The notes beneath the pieces are model-generated. The model was not told the origin of the DNA. It made no database searches and saw only the letters and a list, made by a program, of their open reading frames with translations. A stretch of 63,938 nucleotides of DNA, filler included, from Octopus bimaculoides (taxonomy: Eukaryota): the NCBI RefSeq assembly GCF_001194135.2. It is 8 parts of 8 records of this genome, joined end to end, with 100 filler letters (N's around TTAATTAATTAA, not from the genome) between each part and the next. Parts side by side here need not be neighbours in the genome. Positions count along the whole stretch, not along the records: positions 43,475 to 56,530 come from NC_068981.1; positions 56,631 to 58,979 come from NC_069000.1; positions 59,080 to 63,938 come from NC_068998.1; 5 more parts are not named here. One strand, given 5' to 3'. Of this stretch, positions 52,390-63,938 are shown piece by piece. The translations under genes and the position numbers were made by a program. Positions within the stretch are counted from its first letter, which is position 1. Every line of letters begins with the position of its first letter.

Positions 52390-55113
52390 GTTATTATCAT
52401 CATTGCAACGATAATACACATTGCTTATGATATACCATTACCAAATTAATAAAATGTATTTTACAGATGGATAACTGTAAAAATGTACAGAAAAGTTGAT
52501 ATTGAATGAAATTCATTATTAAGAATAAGAAAGTTACCATTATTTCAGTGGTATTTGTCAGCACTGATGTGTTGGGCAAATATTTCAAGCCATTTCTTTG
52601 AAAATAATCAACAAAGACAGGTGTTGGTTCGTTTTGTAAAATAGCAATACCATGACTTTTTAAACGTTGTTAAAATTTACGCATACAGCATATGTTAGTT
52701 TCAATACATTTTGATGTTAACATACGTCATGACTAGAAAGAGTTAGAGGTTATTAGAGATGTTTTCAGAGCATCACAGAAATTTGAAGGGAAGAATTTCA
52801 GTATAACTATATACAAGCATTTTTGCTCGACGTTCCACGCATTTTGGAACCTCTCCAATTTCGGTGCTTTTCTGTTTAATTGCCTGTTTCCTACGTCCGA
52901 GGCTAATCCATAATCTCTATATCTATAAAACAGGGGATGTTTGTGTGTGTGAGTACGTGAATGTAGTTTATGCACGTCCACAAATTAGCACGCATGTCGC
53001 TCCAATTTTAGGACAAGATTCGGAATGACACTATGTGCATTTTAGTGAACTTTCTCTCTCAGAGGTACCCGCGTATACCTGTAAAAATCGATAAATTTTT
53101 GCCAATGTTGCAGTTTGTTGACATGGCGAAGTCAAATCTGTGCGTACGCGCGTGAAGGCGAGAGAGAGAGAGAGAGAGAGAAATTGTATATTTGTGAGAC
53201 GGAGGATGAAGGAGTCATACATTTCTCTGCCAGCGTCTGTGTGGTAGGCAGCAAGCAAACAGAAAAAAAATACCTCCACCTCTCTCTCTCTCTCTCTATC
53301 TCTCCCTCCCTTACATAAACATGCCAGTTACTCTCTTTCTTTCTTACAAACACACACAGCAACATTACACACAAAACACATGTTGCCGAAAAGAAATAGA
53401 CGCTATCTTTTTATAGTGAGTATGCCAGACAGAAAGTGTGGTGTGTATGTGAAGTTGTTTTGTTAGTGTGAGAGAGCAGCATGTGTGTGTGTGTAATGTT
53501 GCTGTGTGTGTGATACAGGGAGAGAGAGAAAGAAAGTAAGAAAGAAGGAAAGAAAGAAAGAGAGATAAATGTGTGTAAGAGATAAAGAGGGAGAGCGCGA
53601 TCTCTCTATCTCTGCCGAATTGATGTAAACAAACCCATGTGGTCTGATTTTCACGTTTAAATCGCCATTTCCAAAATATATTTATTTCAAATCATTTATC
53701 CGTATATANNNNNNNNNNNNNNNNNNNNNNNNNNNNNNNNNNNNNNNNNNNNNNNNNNNNNNNNNNNNNNNNNNNNNNNNNNNNNNNNNNNNNNNNNNNN
53801 NNNNNNNNNNNNNNNNNNNNNNNNNNNNNNNNNNNNNNNNNNNNNNNNNNNNNNNNNNNNNNNNNNNNNNNNNNNNNNNNNNNNNNNNNNNNNNNNNNNN
53901 NNNNNNNNNNNNNNNNNNNNNNNNNNNNNNNNNNNNNNNNNNNNNNNNNNNNNNNNNNNNNNNNNNNNNNNNNNNNNNNNNNNNNNNNNNNNNNNNNNNN
54001 NNNNNNNNNNNNNNNNNNNNNNNNNNNNNNNNNNNNNNNNNNNNNNNNNNNNNNNNNNNNNNNNNNNNNNNNNNNNNNNNNNNNNNNNNNNNNNNNNNNN
54101 NNNNNNNNNNNNNNNNNNNNNNNNNNNNNNNNNNNNNNNNNNNNNNNNNNNNNNNNNNNNNNNNNNNNNNNNNNNNNNNNNNNNNNNNNNNNNNNNNNNN
54201 NNNNNNNNNNNNNNNNNNNNNNNNNNNNNNNNNNNNNNNNNNNNNNNNNNNNNNNNNNNNTAACGTTTTACTTTCGTAACATCCGTGTTCTCATATCTGA
54301 ACAGAACCGCTTTTGACACAGAGAATCGGGAGCCCTTTTGGTCATTCTATTTTCCTTGCTGGAAGGGTTCCTAACCCATGAGCAAAGAGGTGTTAGATGA
54401 TGGCGGTGGTGTTTTCAAAGGGATGGCATGTGTAACCTGATCACCTCTGCCGATCAAACTCTCAACCCATGCACTCCAGTTGCAACACTGATACTGCCCA
54501 AATTTGACGTCATGTTACTTAGTTTGGTTTGAAATAAAGAACTTGATTAGCTTAATAATCCCAACTTAATCCCGGGCAAAGCCGGGCTATACTGCTAGTC
54601 CATAATAATCTTCCAAATAGGAACAAATCAATGACATGGATTAAGTCATTTGATTTATTTTGGTAGATAACTCTATCCATACTAACACATACACGAACGC
54701 ACACATCATATTCCTCTTCATGCATATAATTATACATACACACACAACCTCACACACACAAATCCCTACCTAGAATGCAGCTAGTTTATTACTGCTATAA
54801 TCGAACACTCTCATCTCTCTCTATCATACATAAATACATACATACACGTGGATTAGTGGTTAGGATATTCGCCTCACAATCGTCAGATTTTCAGCTCATG
54901 AGTTCGAAAAGCAAGAATGCACATTCTTTATTTCACGAAGTTTCAGTCCACTCACGTAGCAAAAATGAGTAGGACCCGTAATGCAAATCAGCAGCCCTGT
55001 TACTTCTCTGTCATGCTGAACTGCGCTAAGGATACACGTATCTCTGACGTGGTCAACCGCTTGCACGTTAAATTCACGAGCAGGCTGTTCTGTTGAGAGC
55101 ACCAACTGGAACC

Positions 55114-55153
<40 letters not shown>

Positions 55154-55397
55154 TGTGTGTGTGTGTGTCTGTGGATGTGTGTTTGTGTGCGTGTTCGTGT
55201 GTCCATTGTACATATGTATATGTGGTGATATATCTGTTTGGATATATACATATATATATATATATATATGAGCTAAACAGATATATCGATAAGTAGGCAG
55301 AAAGAGATATATAATGAAGAAACCAAAAGCAGAAATTTACGTCAATATGGAATAAAACACAGAGACACAAACTCACGCAAGCCTACACACAAACACA

Positions 55398-55448
<51 letters not shown>

Positions 55449-56630
55449 GTGTGCGCGTTCACACACGCATGAATTGTACGCAAAGAAAGGGCGCAGGTCA
55501 TATACATAATAGGCATGTATCGCAAAGAGATCTTCTTCCCTCATAAGCCTTCCATTTATGATGATAAACCATTCATTCATGTGCATATCGGAACTCAGCA
55601 TTAGTATATGCATATAATTAACTAGATATTAGATCTTTGTAGCAAGATGGAACGAAGTGATCTTCTCGAGGTCCTGATGTACTTAGAATATGCAGTGCTG
55701 AGTTCCAGATAGCTGCAGTGGTGAAACGTACGACAGACGTAGTAATTTATACTTTATATCTAAATTTTCTCTAAGTAGTTTTAAAACGTATCAAAATATT
55801 ATTTGTATTCAACTATAAATTCCTTTTTAATATTTTGAAATTAGCATACAAAATTATTTATTTGCGGTTTAGATACCCTAAATAAAAAAGACAACTGAGA
55901 AACGGCCACATTCAAGAGATGCATTTCATTATACCCGATCGTCGTGGTCAGTAATTTTACTTACGTTTATAAAGACAAATAAACCTTACACCCGACAGTT
56001 ACTTTGTTTTCTAACATTTTCCCGCTTCTTTCTTTCACTTTCTCTATCTCTCTCTCTCCACAAAGACTCACGGACAACGCAGACGCACACACACATATGT
56101 ATTGACATATTTAAATATATATATATATATATATATATATACGACTATATGTAACAGACTAAAATATACACAAGTATAAATGCCAAACAAGTTGGAAAGA
56201 TATTACTCCAATACCGAAGTGTAAACTTGATAATAATATATATATATACGTGTATATGTATGTAAGTATGTATGTATGTATGTATATGCATAAATATATA
56301 TATATATATAATATATGTGTGTGTGTGTATGTGTGTGTGTACATGTATGGTGTTTGTCTACTCTTTACACAGAGTTTGACCACATCCTGTACCTACACCT
56401 TAGCCCCTTCATGTTCATGGCGTGTGATGTGGCTTTTTAAACCAGACAATATTCTGAAAAAACACCCACACATATTGCACCTTTGATTTGAACTACCAAT
56501 ACGTGCATGTATGTATATATATATATATATNNNNNNNNNNNNNNNNNNNNNNNNNNNNNNNNNNNNNNNNNNNNTTAATTAATTAANNNNNNNNNNNNNN
56601 NNNNNNNNNNNNNNNNNNNNNNNNNNNNNN

Positions 56631-56975
56631 GGTATTGATACATCAATTAGAAAGCATTTTTTTTCTTCATGATCTTTGACAACTATATCTGGTCTATTTT
56701 CCTTAATTTCTCTATCTGTGTGTATTGGCATATCCCAGAGTATGGTTGCTTTCTCGTTTTCTGTGACCTTTTCTGGCGTGTGTTTATACCATCTTTTTTC
56801 TGTTGTTATTCCATAGTGTTGGCATAGCTTCCAGTATATATAGGTCCCAGCTCTGTCGTGTCTGTGAATATATTCCTTCTTAGCCAGGACTGGGCAGCCA
56901 GAGATAATATGATTTATTGTTTCTTGTCCATTTCCACATATTCTACAGTTACTTGTTATGTTTCTTTTCACGAAC
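56631..56975 (-). mobile_element. Second copy of the RLE-type non-LTR retrotransposon fragment
   Basis: Open frame KRNITSNCRICGNGQETINHIISGCPVLAKKEY...RPDIVVKDHEEKKCFLIDVSI; near-identical to 12891-13185. Confidence 0.88.
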
Positions 56976-56984
56976 TTAGAACCA

Positions 56985-57130
56985 CTGGTGTCACCATATT
57001 CAAGCCAGGTGGCATTAACTTTAAGTCTCTACATCTACACAGGAAAGTTAGATGGTTTAAAAGACGAGCTACAGACACCAAGTTTCCCCCAAGCACTTCT
57101 CAGCACCTGAAGATGTTCCACTTCTCGATG
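56985..57130 (-). mobile_element. Penelope-like ORF N-terminal fragment
   Basis: ARLLNHLTFLCRCRDLKLMPPGL resembles the NHL.FL..C....IP.GL motif of PLE N-termini. Confidence 0.55.
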
Positions 57131-57279
57131 CAGAGGTGGACAATCGGGCTGCGATGAAAAGCGGAAGTTAAAAACAAAAACAAAAAAAAACAGAAAAGAC
57201 ACAGAAAGAAAAACAAGCATAGTGACAAACAACACAATCTTCATCCACACTAGAAGAAAGAAAAAAAACAAAACTACAG

Positions 57280-58340
57280 GAATCGAATGGATTTCCCGGA
57301 TATGCCATTGTGGACCTGGTCAAACCGCATTGGGTCATCCAGATTGTATCTAGACAGAGTATTCTGTTGAATAGTAGATAAGCATAGCATAGACTGCCCA
57401 CAGTTTAAAGTAGTCGACTACACAGACCACAATCAAAACAACAAAACAACAAACACTGCATCGATACCACCACCTCTAACACCTGAAATACACGCAACCA
57501 CAACAACACTCACAACCACCACCACCACCACAACAACAACAACAACAACAACAGGAACAACAACAACAAACGCAAATTAAAGACACTAACATTATAAACT
57601 ACATGGCAAAAACCACAAACAACAATGAATTAATAAAGTATATAATAACACACACAAACATTGCACCAAAAGATTTTGTTACACCCTCGATCTCCCTACC
57701 TGCATACATACAAATCATTCAAACAACACAAAACCCATACACACACTTAAAAACTCAATTCGCGCAGGAAATCTGAGACTTTCGAGAGAATACCATTAAG
57801 AGAATTTTTGGTGATTTACTGTTAGAAACACTCCAAGTTAACAGGAGGGACGGGCAATCCTCCCCTCCAGACAAAACCAAGTAGGTCTTCCTTTTGTTTT
57901 CATTTCTTTTACCGGCAACATAGTCATGTACAGAATAGGCAGCGTGAATGTACGTGGCTTGGGGTCGTCTTGGAAGCGAGGTCACGTGCTCAACGACCTC
58001 AGGGAATTGAATGTCGATGTGATAGCTATTAGTGAAACCAGAATTTCCAACTCACGGGATTTTCGACCTATGAGGTGTACGCATCTCCAAGTCGTCCAGG
58101 AGTGGGAGCGGAGTGGCCGTGATGGCTCGGAAAAATTTGGATCTTGTAATACGGACGATCTTTCTGGATCCGGAAGGTAAGTCGGTGGTCCTAGACGTGA
58201 TAAACGGCGAAGGATATACTTTCAGGCTAGTTGCTGTCTATGCCTCGACAAGGGCAGGACGACCAGATTTCTTCAGATGTCTGGAAACTTTCCTGGGAAC
58301 ATCCCGCTGTTTAGTGTTAGTGAGGGGCTGGAATGGAGTT
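57280..58340 (+). mobile_element. Tx1/L1-clade LINE 5' part with apurinic endonuclease start
   Basis: YRIGSVNVRGLGSSWKRGHVLNDLRELNVDVIAISETR and GVAVMARKNLDL...DPEGKSVVLDV...FRLVAVYA (one frameshift). The ORF1-like part upstream is tentative. Confidence 0.8.
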
Positions 58341-58369
58341 AATTTATAATAGATATCAGTTTCAATTTG

Positions 58370-58900
58370 ATTGTTGATAGTGATTTAAATTCAAAAAGTT
58401 TATCAGTGGTTTTATTCCAAATGATAAAGTAGTCATCTAGATATCTTCACCATTTCTCTTATATCGTAGCAGAATGGGTACCCATTCCATATTTCTATGG
58501 TGATACTTCATATATATTTATTAAATTCTGAATATCCCATTATTAGGTTCGCAAAAACTAGGGCTGCTTTGGAAGATAAATTTTAAAGCTTCAATAATAA
58601 ATTCCTGGTTCATGCGCTTTGCAAGTTCTTCGGAATAATTTTGCAGCCAGAATTTGATTGTTTCTATTCCTTAGTTGTGTAGGATATTGGTGTATAGATT
58701 CACAACATTGGGGTAAACCATGGTTGTCTCTTCATAAATTGTTTCAGGTAGATGCTTTAGCATATCTAGATCGTCTCTAAAGAAACTTTTGATATATTTC
58801 AAAAGGGGTTTCAGTAGGATGTCTAGAAAGTTGCTCAGATAGTGGGTCTCACAAGCTGGGCCAAATAAAATGCGTCTTCACTTTAAATCTCCTGGTGCTT
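58370..58900 (-). mobile_element. Penelope-like reverse transcriptase fragment
   Basis: GPACETHYLSNFLDILLKPLLKYIKSF.RDDLDMLKHLP...VVNLYTNI and W*RYLDDYFIIW. Confidence 0.8.
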
Positions 58901-59079
58901 AGATATTAATGAACATGCCTGGTGATTACTTATAGGCTTCTTTAACTATCTGAGTCTTGTATAAATATATGTATATATANNNNNNNNNNNNNNNNNNNNN
59001 NNNNNNNNNNNNNNNNNNNNNNNTTAATTAATTAANNNNNNNNNNNNNNNNNNNNNNNNNNNNNNNNNNNNNNNNNNNN

Positions 59080-59127
<48 letters not shown>

Positions 59128-60058
59128 GCTTTCAGTTTCTGTCTACCAAATCCACTCACAAGACTTTGGTCAGCCCAAGGATATAGTAGAAGACACTTGC
59201 CCAAGGTACCACGCAGTGAGACTGAACTTGGAACCATGTGGTTGGGAAACAAACTTCTAACCAAACAACCATGAATGTGCTTATACACACACGCACAAAC
59301 TATATATATACATGTATCATACGTATATACAAAGCATACAACACATATGCATATATAGACACCCTTCACATACATTGCAACATAATCTACCCAGAGCATC
59401 TCATTAAAATCTGTTAAAATAATTTGATTATCAACACCAAAAGGGTTTAATTGATATTGCATTACAGAGAGAGAGAGAGAGAGAAGTTTATGAGGAGGGG
59501 TGAGAGAGATACACGAAGGAAAAAGAAAGAGAGAGAGAGACATTGGAAATGAGAAAGCAGGAGAGAAAGAGAAATGTAATGAGGAGAGAGGGGGTCACAG
59601 AGGTGCAATGAGAATGAGAGAGAAATAGGAAGAATAAGGAGACTGTGGTAAGAACAGACAGGGAGGTGGGTGTTTAAGGAAAGGATTGCATTAAAGGAGC
59701 TGGATAAGGTCTAACATTAGAGAAGAAAGGGTCAGCGAGAGAAATGGTGGGGTGGTGGGCCTTGAAGGGGAGTAGTATAAGCAAAAATATTTTCCACATA
59801 TAAGAGTGTGTGTCTTTGAGCGTGTGTATGTGCATGTGAGTGTCTGTCTATGTGTGTATGTGAATGCATACATGTGCGTTCATCTGAATGTGGGATATCT
59901 AGTAGCATCTAATTATATGTATTTATATATTTGGGTGGACTGAATATTATGTACTTTCTAAGTGAGACTGACTTAGTGTGTGTGTGTGTGTGTGTTTACT
60001 TCACTAGCTGACATTGTCTCCTCTCTACCCACCCCTAACTGTGAGCATAAATGTCTGC

Positions 60059-60090
<32 letters not shown>

Positions 60091-60179
60091 ATGTGTTTGT
60101 GGTGTATGTAGGTGAGCGTATGACAATATGTGACATCAGGCAGCCCTATCACCACTGCTACTCTCATTCTAGTGATCAG

Positions 60180-60222
<43 letters not shown>

Positions 60223-61425
60223 AAAACCTGTGGGTCACAAAGTCCCTTGTCTTGTACTCAGCAGTGAAGTGGAAGGTGAGAGTGGAGTTAATTGACTGAA
60301 AATACCACACTCACACATACACACACACAGATTCAAGCCCACATTTACACGCAGTCACCAACATTCAAACACAGATTCTAACGCATATACTCATGCATGC
60401 AAACACAATTTCAGAATGTCTTTCGCTCCCTCTCTCTCTCTCTCTTTCACACACAGTCACACAGATTTAAGTACAGTCACATATATTCACTCACACACAT
60501 ACATTCACATGCATGCACACACACACACATTCATACAGACTTACACCCTCGTATTCATGCAAACATTCATACAATTTTACATTCACAATCACACACACAC
60601 ATTCATTAAAGACTTATGCACAGACTCACACCATACACATGAACATTCACAATTATATATATTCACACACACACACATTCATTCACAGAGGTTTACACAC
60701 ATACACACAAACATTCACAGTTATGCACACATACACATATTCACACTCACACACATACAAAAAATTTTACACAGCTCTGAATCTAATCTGACAATGGGTC
60801 CTCTGAAACCCTTGCAGTGAAAGGGTTTCTTTAGTTAAATAATCCTTGTAGGGGGAAGAGGGGGGTCAAGATATGGTGGGGGGTGGTNNNNNNNNNNNNN
60901 NNNNNNNNNNNNNNNNNNNNNNNNNNNNNNNNNNNNNNNNNNNNNNNNNNNNNNNNNNNNNNNNNNNNNNNNNNNNNNNNNNNNNNNNNNNNNNNNNNNN
61001 NNNNNNNNNNNNNNNNNNNNNNNNNNNNNNNNNNNNNNNNNNNNNNNNNNNNNNNNNNNNNNNNNNNNNNNNNNNNNNNNNNNNNNNNNNNNNNNNNNNN
61101 NNNNNNNNNNNNNNNNNNNNNNNNNNNNNNNNNNNNNNNNNNNNNNNNNNNNNNNNNNNNNNNNNNNNNNNNNNNNNNNNNNNNNNNNNNNNNNNNNNNN
61201 NNNNNNNNNNNNNNNNNNNNNNNNNNNNNNNNNNNNNNNNNNNNNNNNNNNNNNNNNNNNNNNNNNNNNNNNNNNNNNNNNNNNNNNNNNNNNNNNNNNN
61301 NNNNNNNNNNNNNNNNNNNNNNNNNNNNNNNNNNNNNNNNNNNNNNNNNNNNNNNNNNNNNNNNNNNNNNNNNNNNNNNNNNNNNNNNNNNNNNNNNNNN
61401 NNNNNNNNNNNNNNNNNNNNNNNNN

Positions 61426-61732
61426 TTGTGAGTGTTTATTGAGTGAAAACACCTAAAGCTCCACGAGGCTCCGGCAGGGGATGGTGGCGAACCATGCTGT
61501 ACTTTTTCACCATAACTTTCTCTCACTCTTACTTCCTGTTTCTGTTGTGCCTGTATTTCAAAGGGTCAGCCTTGTCACACTGTCACACTGAATCTCCCCG
61601 AGAACTACGTTAAGGGTACATGTGTCTGTGGAGCGCTCAGCCACTTGCATGTTAATTTCACGAGCAGGTTGTTCCGTTGATTGGATCAACTGGAACCCTC
61701 GACGTCGTAAGCGACGGAGTGCCAACAACAAC
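61426..61732 (+). mobile_element. SINE family C, 5' end lost in N gap
   Basis: Collinear with about 22480-22787. Confidence 0.85.
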
Positions 61733-62689
61733 GATCCCCAGCATTGTTTGACAAATAGTGTTGGTTTGCTTATATCCAAATCTCCCTGGAACCACATACT
61801 GCTGTTTTAAAAAATGAAGGACATACTGGATAATGTAGTCCAAGATACATTATGCCTGCAAAAATAATGAAAATGGTCATAACTGGAACACTTTTGATCA
61901 TATAGCTGCCAGATTAAGGCTAGCCTTGGGTTAAAGAATAGCAACAACTCTACCATTCTAAATACCTTCGCCCTCATCACTACCACCACACACCATCTCC
62001 ACCACTCCCATCACCTTACCTGCTGCCATAAATACACACCACTACCACCACCACCACCATCACAAATAATTGATACACATGCATGATACAATATTTTTTC
62101 CTTTCTCCAAAGTTTTTCCTGCCACAACCACCCATTCCCCCCATACGACTTCCCACGCTCCTCCTCCTCCTACAACCTTCTATAGTTACTCTTCTTCCAC
62201 AGCCTCCTACACTTCTCCCACAGTCCCACAGTCTCTGGCACCCCACTTCCTCTTCACACACACACACAACACAAGCAAATCTCATTTCCCCCCCCTCCTC
62301 TCTACCCAAGCTTCTTACTAACCTCCAAAGCTCCCCCCACCCCGCCGCAACCAACCGAAAAAGAAAAAGAACAACAAGAACAAAACAACCCACCCCATCA
62401 ACACTATCACTCTCATTCAACACTCAGCTGCCACACTTCAAATCTAAGGAGGGTCTCATTACACTGGAGGTCTAACAATAGCTAGTGATAATGGAGAAAT
62501 GGGGATTACAGACCCCGGTTCAATCCCTTGCTGATCCATTTTTAATTTATTGTGTATGTATGTGTCATTCAGTTTTATTTCTTCAGGATTTCTTGCCAAT
62601 ACAGAAAGAGCCAGTTTCTAACCTCGATCCATAGCCCCTCCATTGGAATTTCAACATCGACAGGGTGGGTATGTATGCATGTATCTCTT

Positions 62690-62897
62690 TCTCTTTCTCT
62701 TTCATTTGTTTCAGTCATTTGACTGCGGCCATGCTGGAGCATCGCCTTTAGTCGAGCAAATCGACCCCAGGACTTATTCTTTGGAAGCCTAGTACTAATT
62801 CTATTGGGCTCTTTTGCCGAACTGCTAAGTTACGGCGACGTAAACACACCACCATCGGTTGTCAAGCGATGGTGCGGGGACAAACACAGACACACAA

Positions 62898-62930
<33 letters not shown>

Positions 62931-63077
62931 CGGGCTTCTTTCAGTTTCTGTCTACCAAATCCACTCACAAGGCTTTGGTCGGCCCGAGGCTATAGTAGAA
63001 GGCACTTGCCCAAGGTGCCACACAGTGGGACTGAACCTGGAACCATGTGGTTGGTAAGCAAGCTACTTACCACACAC
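62690..63077 (-). mobile_element. SINE family A, full-length copy
   Basis: Reverse complement of 1037-1525 and 7397-7818. Further partial copies at about 5340-5490, 7185-7390, 35440-35570, 37100-37310, 38538-38695, 40905-41000, 59121-59270 and 63565-63700. Confidence 0.85.
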
Positions 63078-63178
63078 TCTCATGCATATAGTTGCATGTC
63101 TAGACATGCTCATATATACTTAAATGTTAAACTTCTGGAAAGTTTTATAGATTTTTACAGTTGATGGCTTGGATCATA

Positions 63179-63228
<50 letters not shown>

Positions 63229-63938
63229 AGCATGTAAACCATTTCTTTTATAGGCAAAAAGTGTGAAATTTTGGGAGAAGGGGCAAGTTGATTACATCAA
63301 CTGGTACTTATTTCATCGACTCCAAAACGGTGAAAGGCAAAGTTGACCTTGGAAGAATTTGAGCTCAGAACATAAAGACAGACAAAATATTGCTAATGAG
63401 TGTCATTTCGCTGCCTTTGTGTGTGCACACGTGTGTTCATATGTGCATGCATGTGTATATGTATATGCATATATGTGTATGCGTGTGTATATATAGAGTC
63501 ATGCACACACACACACATGCACACAGACATGTGCACACACACACACACACACACAACAAGCTTCGTATAGTTTCCATCAACCACATCCACTCATAAGGTT
63601 TCGGTTGGTTCAGGGCTATAGTAGAAGATACTTGCACAATGTGTCTGTCACACAGTGGGATTGAACCCAAAATGACACAGCTGGGAAGCGAACTGCTTAA
63701 ACTACACAACCGTGATTGACACACTCTGACAACAAAATGACTAGCTCTACGACAAGACAACCCACTCTGCAAGAAGACGACCTGTTTTGCGACAAGAAGA
63801 CCTGTTCTGCTTGCTTCCCACATAAACCTGTCACTAGTAATCTACTAATTAAAAAGTAAAATGTTTCAACATTTCCACCTCTTTATTGTGGAACAATCAA
63901 CAAAATATAAAGAAAAGGAAAAAAAAAAAAAAAAAAAA

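Overview
AT-rich, microsatellite-dense eukaryotic DNA, about 10% N. The repeat families look like those of a coleoid cephalopod, probably Octopus (inference from recalled repeat families, not a search). The window is not one continuous locus. Seven identical 100-nt spacers (N44-TTAATTAATTAA-N44) join eight separately assembled pieces, so order and orientation across those joins are unproven. Almost all ORFs in the supplied track are microsatellite or N-gap artefacts. Only one host coding exon is clearly recognisable: a 192-bp internal exon of a polypeptide N-acetylgalactosaminyltransferase (GALNT, 24225-24416, +). There is also a candidate 48-bp micro-exon and a possible decayed GPCR-like sequence. 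The rest is a layered transposon graveyard: at least five SINE-like families, Tc1 and maT-like mariner relics, a Merlin/ISXO2-type transposase end, hAT and piggyBac-type MITEs, and fragments of Tx1/L1-, CR1/L2-, RTE-, RLE (R4/Dong-like) and Penelope-type retroelements. The most interesting signals are (i) minimal type I hammerhead-ribozyme motifs in two, possibly three, Penelope-like terminal repeat families, (ii) several long inverted repeats that would form dsRNA if transcribed, and (iii) unrelated retroelements repeatedly sitting in (AAT)n tracts. I found no evidence for a new multi-gene system.
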